Shown in pieces: positions 19,367-30,302 of a DNA stretch of 64,000 bases. The notes beneath the pieces were generated by a model, which was not told the DNA's origin, did not search any database, and worked only from the letters and a program-made list of their open reading frames with translations. Origin of the DNA: Candidatus Omnitrophota bacterium (lineage in GTDB: Bacteria; Omnitrophota; Gorgyraeia; Zapsychrales; Fredricksoniimonadaceae). Within the stretch, counting starts at the first letter, position 1. Each line of letters starts with the position of its first letter. The stretch spans positions 64,935 to 128,934 of the forward strand of contig JADFZK010000002.1 of assembly GCA_015232565.1 (NCBI GenBank), written 5' to 3'. The translations under genes were made by a program, and so were the position numbers.

Positions 19367-19564
19367 ATTTATGGCTGACTTTGTGTAAGAAAACTCATGA
19401 ATTATGGTTGACTTTGTGTAAGGAAACGCCTGATTTATGGTTGACTTTGTGCAAGAAAACTCCTGATTTAGGGTTGACTTTGTGTAAAAAAACGCCTTAA
19501 TTATGGTTGACTTTGTGCACATATTCGAACGATCTTGGGCTGACTTTGTGCACAAAACAAAAGG
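19367..19564 (+). repeat. Six tandem 33-bp direct repeats with the core TTATGGTTGACTTTGTG(T/C)AAG
   Basis: Units start at 19367, 19400, 19433, 19466, 19499 and 19532. The period is exactly 33 bp. Units 1-5 are about 80-90% identical and unit 6 is degenerate. The array lies in the intergenic region immediately upstream of the thiC promoter. Confidence 0.85.
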
Positions 19565-19581
19565 CATCTTGATAATCCGTG

Positions 19582-19590
19582 TGCTATAAT
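19582..19590 (+). promoter_or_regulatory. Extended -10 promoter element (TGcTATAAT) for thiC
   Basis: TGCTATAAT at 19582-19590 lies about 40 nt upstream of the thiC start, with GGAG RBS at 19621. A TTGATA hexamer sits only 10 nt upstream, which is too close for a canonical -35. Confidence 0.5.
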
Positions 19591-19618
19591 GCGGCACTTT
19601 TTATATGAAATTCGTTAA

Positions 19619-21169
<1,551 letters not shown>

Positions 21170-21221
21170 CCCCCTTTTTAGACTTTCATCTCAACTTTTA
21201 TCTGCTTTTGTCTGACTTTAG

Positions 21222-21250
21222 TTGACATAAACGCACTTTAGTGCTATATT
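21222..21250 (+). promoter_or_regulatory. Sigma70-like promoter TTGACA-N17-TATATT upstream of the AAA ATPase gene
   Basis: TTGACA at 21222-21227, a 17-nt spacer, and TATATT at 21245-21250. The gene start at 21257 would make the transcript nearly leaderless. Confidence 0.5.
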
Positions 21251-21256
21251 TGAAGT

Positions 21257-22558
21257 ATGAAAAGGAAAATAACCTCTCAGTTATTGAATTGGAAAAACAA
21301 CCCCAGGCGCAAGCCTTTATTAATGTATGGAGCACGGCAAACCGGCAAGACCTATATAATTAATGAGTTTGGCCGCCTGCACTATGAAAACGTCATCTAT
21401 GTAAATCTGGAAACGAATGCCAGCCTGGCCGCGGACTTTATTGCCGATATTTCTCCGGAAAAGATCATTGACCGGCTGGAGATATTCTTTTCCCGTAAGA
21501 TCGCCCCTGAGAAAACCTTGATCTTCTTTGACGAGATCCAGTCTTGTGCCCGGGCTTTGACCTCGTTGAAATATTTTTGTGAGAACGCGCCCGAGTATCA
21601 TATCATCGCGGCGGGAAGCCTGCTGGGAGTAGCCGTAAACAGGGAACAACATTCTTTTCCCGTCGGCAAGGTTGATCTTTTGCATTTGTATCCGCTGGAC
21701 CTGGAAGAATTCTTTTGGGCATTGGGCAAAGAGGCTTTAACGGCAGAGATCCGGGCTTCCTATGTTGCCAATCGTCCTCTGGCGCCCATGATCCATAGCG
21801 CGGCACTGGAACTTTACAAGAGTTACCTGATAGTGGGCGGCATGCCGGCAGTAGTTAACGAGTATTGTCGCACCCAACATCTGCTGGATGCGGCTAATCT
21901 GCAAGCCATCATTCTTAATTCTTACGTTGCCGACATGGCCAAATACGCCACTCCGGCCGAAACCACCAGAATCATGGCGGCGTTCCAGTCCATCCCCGCG
22001 CAATTAGCCAAAAACAACAAGAAGTTCCAATATAAAGTAATTCAACGCGGCGGATCGGCTACTATCTTTGGAGCTTCTATCGATTGGCTCTGCGCGGCCG
22101 GCCTGGTAGTAAAATGCAATAAGGTAGCCCAAATAATGATCCCGCTGGCCGTACACCAGGACTTTTCCAGCTTTAAGCTTTATATGGGGGATTGCGGCCT
22201 GTTAACTTTCAAGTCAGGCATGCCCGCACACAATATCCTTACTCCTATCGAGGAAAACAACACCTTCCTGGGTGCTCTGGTCGAGAATTATGTGGCCGAT
22301 CAATTACGCGTTAACGGGCACGACCTGTGGTACTGGGAGTCCGACCATACCGCCGAGATCGATTTTATTATTCAGTGTCAGGAGAAAATAATACCGGTAG
22401 AAGTTAAAGCCAGCGGGCATACTTATTCCCGAAGCTTGACGGTGTTTAAGCAGAAATTTATCCCGCCTTATTCGATCCGGATATCTTCCCGGAACTTCGG
22501 CTTCGAGAATAGCATCCGCTCTGTTCCGCTTTATGCCGTATTTTGCATCGAGAACTGA
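21257..22558 (+). CDS. AAA+ ATPase of the COG1373/DUF4143 family
   Basis: 433 aa. Walker A LLMYGARQTGKT near the N-terminus, Walker B LIFFDEIQ, and a C-terminal region typical of DUF4143 ATPases. Confidence 0.7.
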   Translation: MKRKITSQLLNWKNNPRRKPLLMYGARQTGKTYIINEFGRLHYENVIYVNLETNASLAADFIADISPEKIIDRLEIFFSRKIAPEKTLIFFDEIQSCARALTSLKYFCENAPEYHIIAAGSLLGVAVNREQHSFPVGKVDLLHLYPLDLEEFFWALGKEALTAEIRASYVANRPLAPMIHSAALELYKSYLIVGGMPAVVNEYCRTQHLLDAANLQAIILNSYVADMAKYATPAETTRIMAAFQSIPAQLAKNNKKFQYKVIQRGGSATIFGASIDWLCAAGLVVKCNKVAQIMIPLAVHQDFSSFKLYMGDCGLLTFKSGMPAHNILTPIEENNTFLGALVENYVADQLRVNGHDLWYWESDHTAEIDFIIQCQEKIIPVEVKASGHTYSRSLTVFKQKFIPPYSIRISSRNFGFENSIRSVPLYAVFCIEN

Positions 22559-22682
22559 TCTTTCCGCCTCCCGCACTTGTTTTTTGCCAATTCATATTAC
22601 ATACTTATACAGGTATGAGGCGCCTGCATGGATCTTACGCTGATCTTTGCGGCTTTTTAAAGCTCGTTGGGGGACCAGGGGA

Positions 22683-25600
22683 ATGCGTAGAATTGTTTCA
22701 CTAATTACAGTGTGCTGTTTTATTTTGAGCGGCAATGGTTTGCCGGCGGCTCTGGCGCAAAGTGTGATCCTGCCGGAACCCGGGCGCATGATCGCGCTCA
22801 GTCAACCCTTGACAGCTGTTACCCTCAAAGGGGTAAAGGTTTATGCTAATGATCCCTTGCGTCTGGATTTCATTATAGATAATAGTAACCTTGATCGTTC
22901 GCCTGTGTCCGATACAGGTGACCAGACCCGGCGGTATAAGGAAAGTCAGGCCGTCGAATCCCGGAAACTTATCAAATATTTTCTCGCCGCTCTAACAACT
23001 CCCGAGAAGGACCTGTGGGTCAATTTAAGCCCTTATGAAAAAGAACGCATTGTGCCGGAGGCTTTTGGCTTTACCGAGATGGGCCGCGACCTGCTGGCCC
23101 AGGATTATTTGTTAAAGCAGGTTACCGCGTCCTTGATCTATCCGGAAGGCGCTACCGGCCAGAAGTTCTGGTCCGAGGTATATCGCCAATCGTCAGCGCG
23201 CTACGGCACTACCGATATCCCAATCGATACCTTCAACAAAGTCTGGATCGTCCCCGCCCAAGCCACAATCTACGAAAACACCACAGCCGGCACAGCATAC
23301 ATAACCAAAAGCCGCCTAAAAATAATGCTGGAAACCGACTATTTAGCAACGTCGAATAAACCAATGCCAAACCCCACAATCGACCCAACCGAAATCACCA
23401 AGAACATCCTGCGCGAAATCGTGATCCCCGTACTGGAGAAAGAAGTCAACGAAGGCGCCAACTTTGCCCCACTCAGGCAGGTATATAATTCCCTGATCCT
23501 GGCGGCCTGGTTCAAAAAGAAAGTATCCGGTAACGCCCTGGACCAAGCGTTTGTGGACCGTAACAAGATCGGCGGCATAAACATCAATAACCCAAAAGAA
23601 CCCGGGCAGATCTGGTCCACCTACGTAGAAGCGTTCCAGAAAGGCGTATATAATTTCATCAAGGAAGAGATCGACGAGCCCACCGGCGAAGCTTTGCCGC
23701 GCAAGTATTTCTCCGGCGGAGCAGTGTTCGATAATAGCCAGCTTGATCCAGTACTGTCCTTCACTAAGGACGCCGCCGCGATATCCGGCCTGAGAGCCAA
23801 AGGCTTAACTTTGGTCGCCGCTTTATTAGGACTGGCAGGGGGGATGTATTATTTAAAAGCACCCACGCGCAACTTGCACAACGAAGCTTCGCCGCCAGAA
23901 ATTACCGTGAGCACTACCAATACCCGCACCGCTATGCCTGATCTCCCGAAAGCGCCGGCTTATCAGGGCGTAAACGGTTTTATGAATCTGGTGCTGGCGT
24001 CGACCGACAAAACCAATCTGTTCAATAACCTCAACATTAATATTACGGGCAAAGACCTTGCCAATCCGCAGATCTCCCGGGAAATGCGCGACGCCTTCAA
24101 CGCCGGGCTTAACCTGGAAATGGAAGAAGAGAGTTTTTCCTTCTTTATGCAACATTATTCCTTTGTGCGTTTTGAAACTATCGTTATGCAGATCCGCCTG
24201 GGCGATGCTTTCCAGAAAGCTATTGAAACATTTGCCGAAGAATTCCCATACCTCGACGGACAAATAATGCCCGATCGGGAAGCTTTCGGTGCCTGGATGG
24301 ACACACTGCTGTTGACCCATGAGCTGGGGCCCGAGACCTACCAGAAAAAGCTCCGTATGGTCTCAGAACTATTTCCCGATGATGTTCTGGTCTCGGCCTG
24401 TATAACTTTGAGGCAGAAAGATCCCCATTATCCTTTCTGGCGCATGATGAATAATTTTGTCAGACTTATCCATAAGTACGGCCAGGATGTGGAAAAGGCA
24501 AAAAACTCCTTACTAAAACTACCGTCCGAATTTGGCAATTTTACACTTCAGGACATTGCTAATATCTTTGCCGGTATTATGGATTACCCGCAGGAATATG
24601 TGGATCAGTTTGTTTCGAATGTTATGATCCGAAATCATTATTGCCTGGAATTATCGGTTGATCAATTAAAAGCTATGTCGGAAAGTTCATTTATCAGCTT
24701 TCTTACCTTTAACAGTACTTTTCGTGTTTTGATGCTTAAAAAGCCATTGGCGGCGGCTGTTTTCTTGCTTAACGAAGATCCGGGCCGCAGATTTGTTTAT
24801 GCTGACCAGGAACGATTGGCACAATTTCAGCTAGCCGCCGGTTTACCGGATAAGGAACTATTTAATCTACTTAACTGGAACTGGATCAAGATTGCCAACA
24901 AAGTTTCTTATGAAACACGTCAAAGATTGATTGCCATGGACAATGTTTCCTGGAGGCTGGAATTCGCATTAAACAATGTTATTCCCGGGTTCAATCCTGC
25001 TGACCCGTTTACAACGGCTAGCCTTGAGGTGGCATTAAAGCGTTATGGTAATGATTATAAGCGCCGTTTTGAGACATATGCCATCAACGATATTATCAAA
25101 GAAATGAATAAAGAAACCCGCGCACAACAAGAAACCAAATTGCGCGGACTTATAAGACAATACCTGCAAATGTCTTTTCAGGCCTCGGTTATGTCCCGCG
25201 AGAATGGTAAGAACAAGGAACTACAGGTTTTGCGTCAAAGGATCAATGATCTTACGACCATCATTAACACCCTGCGACATACTATCGACTCAGGAATCAT
25301 GGAGATTCATGAGCTATCTCTCCCAAATATTCCTGACACTAACAGTCCATTCTCTATGGAAAATATCTTACATCGCAACTCCGCGACTACTCCCGTAGAA
25401 GTAATTCCAACTACCCCCGAAGAAGCAATCCCAAAGACTCCCGCCACACCAGCCTGGACCGATTCTCCGGTGGTAGAAGAGAGCACCCCTGCGCCGAATC
25501 GAGTACCGCGCGCGGCGCCGCATGGGATCGGGACCAGAGACCAATTGCCAGAAACTCCTCCGTCGGAACCGGAACAGGGGGATCCAGTTCCGGGCTTCGA

Positions 25601-26210
25601 CCAACCGTCCGAAATGAATAATGTACCCCAGCCCACCGCGGAGCCTGAGCTCAATAATGAACCACAGCCACTTGAAACGTACCCAGGGGGGCCGGGGAAC
25701 TTATTACCACTTAATGCTTCACTAAATCCGATAGCTAATATGGGGGCAATAACGAAGGATCCGCTTGATCCGGTGCTCGATCTGATCGCCAATGGCCAGA
25801 TGCTATCAACGACGGGCGGCAATTATACTTTGCTTACATTCAGCGGTAAACTGGGGATCCGTATCAATAACCAGAATTCCGCGATCGAAACAATCTTTGA
25901 ATTTGGCCCGGATCAAGCCCCGGTTGAATTGAACATTACTGGCGAGCCAATGAAACGTATAACGGACAAAGTTAGTACCCGGCTGGCGGCCGCCGCTAAC
26001 GGGGTGGATCAGGCGGGACTCACGCCCGGTGGTATCGATCTTGGCTCCAGCGCTCAAAAAGTTATGATTAACGGCAACGGGCAAGGGAACATCACCGTCG
26101 CAATAAATCCGGCCTTACTACAACGCCTCCAAAACGCCTCAGGCCTTTTCCCGGTAGTCCTGGACAGCCAACCACTGGAAAGTTTAACGCGTTTTCTGGG
26201 TATTCAGTAA
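22683..26210 (+). CDS. Large secreted protein (about 1175 aa) with an unrecognised conserved N-terminal domain of roughly 350 aa, a predicted TM/hydrophobic segment, a helical middle, a Pro/Glu-rich linker and a C-terminal domain
   Basis: Signal peptide MRRIVSLITVCCFILSGNGLPAALAQ from the ATG at 22683. The N-domain is clearly homologous to the N-terminus of the 43101-48290 protein (shared LWVNLSPYEKERIVP, DLLAQDYLLKQ, YGTTDIPID..NKVWIVP, FAPLRQVY..LILAAW.KK, PRKYFSGG). A hydrophobic stretch LTLVAALLGLAGGMYYL follows. A low-complexity PTTPEEAIPKTPATP linker is present near residue 900. Confidence 0.7.
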   Translation: MRRIVSLITVCCFILSGNGLPAALAQSVILPEPGRMIALSQPLTAVTLKGVKVYANDPLRLDFIIDNSNLDRSPVSDTGDQTRRYKESQAVESRKLIKYFLAALTTPEKDLWVNLSPYEKERIVPEAFGFTEMGRDLLAQDYLLKQVTASLIYPEGATGQKFWSEVYRQSSARYGTTDIPIDTFNKVWIVPAQATIYENTTAGTAYITKSRLKIMLETDYLATSNKPMPNPTIDPTEITKNILREIVIPVLEKEVNEGANFAPLRQVYNSLILAAWFKKKVSGNALDQAFVDRNKIGGININNPKEPGQIWSTYVEAFQKGVYNFIKEEIDEPTGEALPRKYFSGGAVFDNSQLDPVLSFTKDAAAISGLRAKGLTLVAALLGLAGGMYYLKAPTRNLHNEASPPEITVSTTNTRTAMPDLPKAPAYQGVNGFMNLVLASTDKTNLFNNLNINITGKDLANPQISREMRDAFNAGLNLEMEEESFSFFMQHYSFVRFETIVMQIRLGDAFQKAIETFAEEFPYLDGQIMPDREAFGAWMDTLLLTHELGPETYQKKLRMVSELFPDDVLVSACITLRQKDPHYPFWRMMNNFVRLIHKYGQDVEKAKNSLLKLPSEFGNFTLQDIANIFAGIMDYPQEYVDQFVSNVMIRNHYCLELSVDQLKAMSESSFISFLTFNSTFRVLMLKKPLAAAVFLLNEDPGRRFVYADQERLAQFQLAAGLPDKELFNLLNWNWIKIANKVSYETRQRLIAMDNVSWRLEFALNNVIPGFNPADPFTTASLEVALKRYGNDYKRRFETYAINDIIKEMNKETRAQQETKLRGLIRQYLQMSFQASVMSRENGKNKELQVLRQRINDLTTIINTLRHTIDSGIMEIHELSLPNIPDTNSPFSMENILHRNSATTPVEVIPTTPEEAIPKTPATPAWTDSPVVEESTPAPNRVPRAAPHGIGTRDQLPETPPSEPEQGDPVPGFDQPSEMNNVPQPTAEPELNNEPQPLETYPGGPGNLLPLNASLNPIANMGAITKDPLDPVLDLIANGQMLSTTGGNYTLLTFSGKLGIRINNQNSAIETIFEFGPDQAPVELNITGEPMKRITDKVSTRLAAAANGVDQAGLTPGGIDLGSSAQKVMINGNGQGNITVAINPALLQRLQNASGLFPVVLDSQPLESLTRFLGIQ

Positions 26211-26213
26211 GAA

Positions 26214-26232
26214 TAACCGGGACACATTGAAT
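26214..26232 (-). repeat. Inverted copy of the 20-bp unit found in tandem at 9091-9130
   Basis: AACCGGGACACATTGAA is the reverse complement of TTCAATGTGTCCCGGTT (17/20 to the full unit). It lies in the convergent intergenic region 3' of both flanking genes. Confidence 0.6.
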
Positions 26233-26298
26233 TTCTGAACTTGTATACCCGATCAATAGATTGAATTATTTGAGTACCGACGAAGATCTGAGCTGTTA

Positions 26299-28104
26299 TT
26301 ACGCTGAGCGAGTGGGTGTTTTAACAGGGCAAAGGGCGGCTACTTTACGGGCGCAATCGTCGAGCTCGCTGAGAAACCGCTCGCGCGCGGTATCCGGCTC
26401 TTCGGAGATCAGTGGGACCAAAGTGCGGTAGTAAGCAATACCATCGTTCAGGTTGCGGGTGTATTCCTCAATGACCGCCTGGCGTTTATTGCCCGGGTCA
26501 TCGCTTTTATCAGCCAACAGAATTTCAAACTGATCGATATTCAGCCGAAGCTCTTTAATGAACATATGCGGGCGGTTCTTAAAAGGCATGATATTGCGCC
26601 GGCCGTAAATATGGTCGATCATGTCTTTTAAAGTGGCCGGACGATTAAAATAAGCAATGTTGGGCCCGGGGCAAACCGCCGGAGCGGTGCCTTCTTTTTT
26701 GGGAATATTCTCGTTAACGTAAAAACTGTCCCCAAGCTGGGCGCAAATACAGGCTTTACTGGTGATCTTGCGGGCCTGGCGATCGTACTCTTCCTGGGAA
26801 AGACCCAGGGCTTTAATGGCATCCAGTTTTAATTTCTGATAGGTCCGCGAAGCGGTACAGATCGGGTTCTTGGTAAACTCGGTATTGTTAGCCAGATGGC
26901 CCAGCAGGCAGGGACTGCCCGGTTCACCGCTGTTTATCAAGAGGCATCTTTTAATCTCGCTTAACGAATTCCGTAAATTATTAAACGCCACATTTAATGG
27001 CGAAACGTCACTTAAATAAATATCGTTCTCGCCGGCCGCGGCCAAACGGTCGAGCGTTTCTTTATCAATCTGCACCGCTTCGGGCACCAGCAGAAAAGGC
27101 GAACCCCAGCCGGTAGATATCGCGCCGTAATACCTTCTGAGAAAAACATCCTCAGCATAAGTGCCAATGCCGCCCTGGGCGGTCAGGCGAAAATCCAGAG
27201 CTCCCGCCGGCGCTTTCTTCCCTTTGGCTTTTAAAGCTTCCAGGTAAGCGGTGCCCAGCTGGTCAATAAGTTCCTGTTTTCTTTGTTTGAACTCTTCCAG
27301 TATCGGCCCCATCAGGTAACCGGAACCGGCAAAAGCATGGCCGCCGCAATTCAAGCCCGATTCAACGCGGAATTCCGAAACCCACAGGCCTTTACGGGTA
27401 AGAAACTTGCCCTGGGTAATTGCCGAGCGATAATCACTGACTTTCAGGATTATCTCTTTTTTAATAATGCCCCGGGCATCCGGATAAAAATCCGCAAACT
27501 CTTCAATATAGGTGTAAAGGCGGCGGTTAAAACCGGCCGAAAGCACGATCGCCGAAGTTACAGTACTGTTGGCATAACCACGTAAAGCGGAAAGCGCATC
27601 GGAATGTTCGTCGGGCAAAACTTCACCGGTCTTGGCAAAATTCAGCCGGTCGATCTTGGTCATTATATTGACGTCAATGCGGCCGGGGGCAATCATGGCC
27701 CGCAATTTTTCCTGTAAAAGGGCTTTGGCGCCAGTATCACTGCAAGAGAGCATGGACCGATAAAGTTCTTTGGCCGGAGAAGTCTCGGGCAGAAAATCGA
27801 AATATTTATTTATCTCACTGCCGGGTTCAAAGCGGGCATTCTTAAGGCCAGCGATCTGTTTTTGAATGATGCGGTCGGATAAATTAAGGTATTCGGTTAT
27901 ACGCCTTGCGCGCCAGTCATTATCGTGCTTCTTAATAGGCTCGTAAGGCTCGCCGTATTGCTGGGCATAGAATTTACGGACATCTTCGATAAGATTGTCA
28001 TCCACCAGGGATATGACCGACGAAATACCATAACGCGCCACGCGTATCGGCGAGTCGGTGGTAAATCCGGTGCCCATTACGGGTATGTGGAACGTATGCG
28101 CCAT
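26299..28104 (-). CDS. Hypothetical 601-aa protein, possibly a TIM-barrel enzyme, function unknown
   Basis: Long ORF with good coding character and no overlap. Motifs IPVMGTGFTTDSPIRVARYGISS, GLNCGGHAFAGSGYLMGP and TAQGGIGTYAED are reminiscent of FMN/phosphate-binding TIM-barrel families, but I cannot assign a family confidently. Confidence 0.55.
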   Translation of the reverse strand: MAHTFHIPVMGTGFTTDSPIRVARYGISSVISLVDDNLIEDVRKFYAQQYGEPYEPIKKHDNDWRARRITEYLNLSDRIIQKQIAGLKNARFEPGSEINKYFDFLPETSPAKELYRSMLSCSDTGAKALLQEKLRAMIAPGRIDVNIMTKIDRLNFAKTGEVLPDEHSDALSALRGYANSTVTSAIVLSAGFNRRLYTYIEEFADFYPDARGIIKKEIILKVSDYRSAITQGKFLTRKGLWVSEFRVESGLNCGGHAFAGSGYLMGPILEEFKQRKQELIDQLGTAYLEALKAKGKKAPAGALDFRLTAQGGIGTYAEDVFLRRYYGAISTGWGSPFLLVPEAVQIDKETLDRLAAAGENDIYLSDVSPLNVAFNNLRNSLSEIKRCLLINSGEPGSPCLLGHLANNTEFTKNPICTASRTYQKLKLDAIKALGLSQEEYDRQARKITSKACICAQLGDSFYVNENIPKKEGTAPAVCPGPNIAYFNRPATLKDMIDHIYGRRNIMPFKNRPHMFIKELRLNIDQFEILLADKSDDPGNKRQAVIEEYTRNLNDGIAYYRTLVPLISEEPDTARERFLSELDDCARKVAALCPVKTPTRSA

Positions 28105-28221
28105 AGTCTTTCCAATTGTTGTTTGTACACCGTCAATATAGAGGAAATTTACTTTAAATCAAGCTGTTTTCAATTGTTAATCCCAAAGATAATTCTTCCG
28201 GCTTTGAAATGTGATTTAACT

Positions 28222-28244
28222 GTTGAAAAAGCGAATGTTATAAT
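28222..28244 (+). promoter_or_regulatory. Candidate promoter with an extended -10 (TGTTATAAT) upstream of bioB, in a divergent intergenic region
   Basis: TTAACT-N17-TATAAT with TG at -15/-14; TATAAT at 28239-28244, 18 nt before the bioB ATG. Confidence 0.4.
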
Positions 28245-28262
28245 ACAATAACGGACAAAATT

Positions 28263-29333
28263 ATGGATCCCAAAACGCTCGATCAATTAATTGACGCTGT
28301 ATCCCGGCCGGCCGGTTTGTGTTTTGCTGATGGCCTGGCTGTGCTGGACCCGCAGAAGACCAGCCTGTTAACCTGTTTGAGCGCGGCCGGGCATTTCCGG
28401 GAAAAGCATTTTGCCCGGACAGTTACCGTGCATATTCTGAACAATGTCCAGAATGGTTTATGCCCCGAAGACTGCCGGTATTGCGCTCAATCGCGATCTT
28501 CCTCGGCTCCTATTGAAACTTATCCCATGAAACCCGCCGCCGAAATCCTGGCCGAAGCCAAAGCCGCTTATGAACAGGGGGCGCATCGGTATTGTATGGT
28601 TTTTTCCGGAACCGGCCCCTCCGACAGCCGGATTGAAACTATTTCCCGCATTGTCGAGGATATCAAAGCCCGCTACCCGATCGAGGTTTGTGTGTCACCG
28701 GGGGTTATTACCGAAGCTCACGCTCGAACATTAAAAGCCGCGGGCCTCGACCGGCTAAATCATAATTTAAATACCACCGAACGCTTTTATTCCGCGATCT
28801 GTTCTACCCATTCATACCAGGACCGGGTGGCCACTTTGCAAGCCGCAAAGAAGGCCGGTTTGGCGGTTTGCTCCGGCGTTATTATTGGCATGGGTGAGAC
28901 GGAGCATGATGTGGTCGAAATGGCCCTGCGCCTGCGGGAATTCCAGGCTGAGTCGATCCCGGTTAATTTCTATATCCCTCTACCCGGCGCGGCTATTAAA
29001 ACCGCCAGCGGCTTGACCCCGGAATATTGTTTGCGGGTTTTATGCCTGTTCCGCCTGATAAATCCCCAGGCCGAGATCCGGATGGCCGCCGGACGGGAGC
29101 TCCATTTAAGGTCGCTGGAAGCGCTGGGGCTCTACGCGGCAAACTCACTTTTTTTACAAGGTTATTTGAACGCGCGGGGAACGGCGGACACCCGCACCTT
29201 ACAAATGATCAAGGACGCCGGTTTTACTATCTTGTCCGAAGTCCCGCTCGACCAGTTATTATCCGGCCAACCCGCGGTCGAAAAACAAGCTCTAAAAACG
29301 CTCAACGAATTAAGGCCCTGCAACCTTTCTTAG
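28263..29333 (+). CDS. bioB: Biotin synthase BioB (radical SAM)
   Basis: Radical SAM cluster motif [11 protein letters not shown] as in BioB (CPEDCKYCPQS). [33 protein letters not shown] matches the BioB core. Confidence 0.8.
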   Translation: MDPKTLDQLIDAVSRPAGLCFADGLAVLDPQKTSLLTCLSAAGHFREKHFARTVTVHILNNVQNGLCPEDCRYCAQSRSSSAPIETYPMKPAAEILAEAKAAYEQGAHRYCMVFSGTGPSDSRIETISRIVEDIKARYPIEVCVSPGVITEAHARTLKAAGLDRLNHNLNTTERFYSAICSTHSYQDRVATLQAAKKAGLAVCSGVIIGMGETEHDVVEMALRLREFQAESIPVNFYIPLPGAAIKTASGLTPEYCLRVLCLFRLINPQAEIRMAAGRELHLRSLEALGLYAANSLFLQGYLNARGTADTRTLQMIKDAGFTILSEVPLDQLLSGQPAVEKQALKTLNELRPCNLS

Positions 29334-29365
29334 GCCTCGGCGTAACTTTAATCTTAAGGATATTT

Positions 29366-30301
29366 ATGGAAAACCTGATCATCATTGGTTCCGGGCCGGC
29401 GGCACATACGGCGGCAATCTACGCGGCGCGGGCGAATCTGGCGCCTTTACTTTTTGAAGGCTTGATGGCCGGAGGGGTGGCGGCCGGTGGACAATTAACC
29501 ACCACTACCGAGATCGAGAATTTTCCGGGTTTCCCCGAGGCGATCTCCGGTCCGCTGTTAATGGAACAAATGCGCGCGCAATCGGTAAAATACGGCACCC
29601 GTATCGAAACCGAAACTATTACTAAAGTCGACCTGTCCAAAACCCCTTTTACCGTAACCACCGAGAGCGGGACTGTTGCCGTGGCCAAAGCGCTGATCAT
29701 TGCCACGGGTGCTACTGCCAAAAGAATGAATATCCCGGGTGAAGATAAATTCTGGCAGCGCGGCATATCCGCCTGCGCGGTTTGCGATGGCGCCCTGCCG
29801 TTCTTTCGCAACAAAGTGCTGGTAGTTATCGGCGGAGGAGATACCGCAGTGGAAGAAGCCACCCACTTGACCAAATACGCCGCCCGGGTGATCCTGATGC
29901 ACCGCCGGGGAGAATTGCGGGCTTCCAAAGCCATGCAAAAAAAGGTACTGGAAAACCCCAAGATAGAAGTAATGTGGAATACCGTCCCAATTGAAGCCAC
30001 CGGGGACAAGATCCTGGCCGGATTAAAAGTAAAGAACGTGCTTACCGACAGCATTTCCAGCCTGGCTTGCGGCGGGCTATTTTTTGCAATAGGGCACACG
30101 CCGAATACCGGATTTCTGGATAGGCAAATCCAGCTCGACGAAACCGGTTATATCAAGACCATTCCTGGATCGACCACCACCAATGTGCCCGGAGTATTTG
30201 CCTGCGGCGATGTGCAAGACCGTAAATATCGTCAGGCTATCGTAGCGGCCGGATCCGGCTGTATGGCGGCCTTGGAAGCAGAACATTATTTGAACGGATA
30301 G
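29366..30301 (+). CDS. trxB: Thioredoxin-disulfide reductase
   Basis: FAD motif [19 protein letters not shown], redox-active CAVCDG, and NADPH motif [13 protein letters not shown]. The ATG at 29366 has an AAGGA RBS. The ORF-track start at 29027 is a spurious upstream extension overlapping bioB. Confidence 0.85.
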   Translation: MENLIIIGSGPAAHTAAIYAARANLAPLLFEGLMAGGVAAGGQLTTTTEIENFPGFPEAISGPLLMEQMRAQSVKYGTRIETETITKVDLSKTPFTVTTESGTVAVAKALIIATGATAKRMNIPGEDKFWQRGISACAVCDGALPFFRNKVLVVIGGGDTAVEEATHLTKYAARVILMHRRGELRASKAMQKKVLENPKIEVMWNTVPIEATGDKILAGLKVKNVLTDSISSLACGGLFFAIGHTPNTGFLDRQIQLDETGYIKTIPGSTTTNVPGVFACGDVQDRKYRQAIVAAGSGCMAALEAEHYLNG

Positions 30302-30302
30302 C

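Noticed and set aside
19291-19597. ORF-track entries 19291-19500 (+, 69 aa) and 19346-19597 (-, 83 aa) spanning the 33-bp tandem repeats
   Set aside because: Their open frames are a by-product of the 33-bp period (a multiple of three), and they translate the repeat into LWLTLCKKT-type low-complexity peptides. No RBS or start context supports either, and the minus-strand ORF simply mirrors the same repeats. The array is better treated as non-coding repeat DNA. I also rejected a CRISPR interpretation because the units abut each other with no unique spacers.
22560-22682. Possible terminator or attenuator between the AAA ATPase gene and the large secreted paralog
   Set aside because: I looked for a hairpin plus U-tract. 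CTTACGCTGATCTTTGCGGCTTTTT has a T-run but no complementary stem, so no terminator was called.
29027-29365. N-terminal 113-codon extension of the trxB ORF overlapping the 3' end of bioB
   Set aside because: The extension is Arg/Pro-rich and overlaps bioB in another frame. The canonical TrxB N-terminus ([17 protein letters not shown]) with an AAGGA RBS starts at 29366.
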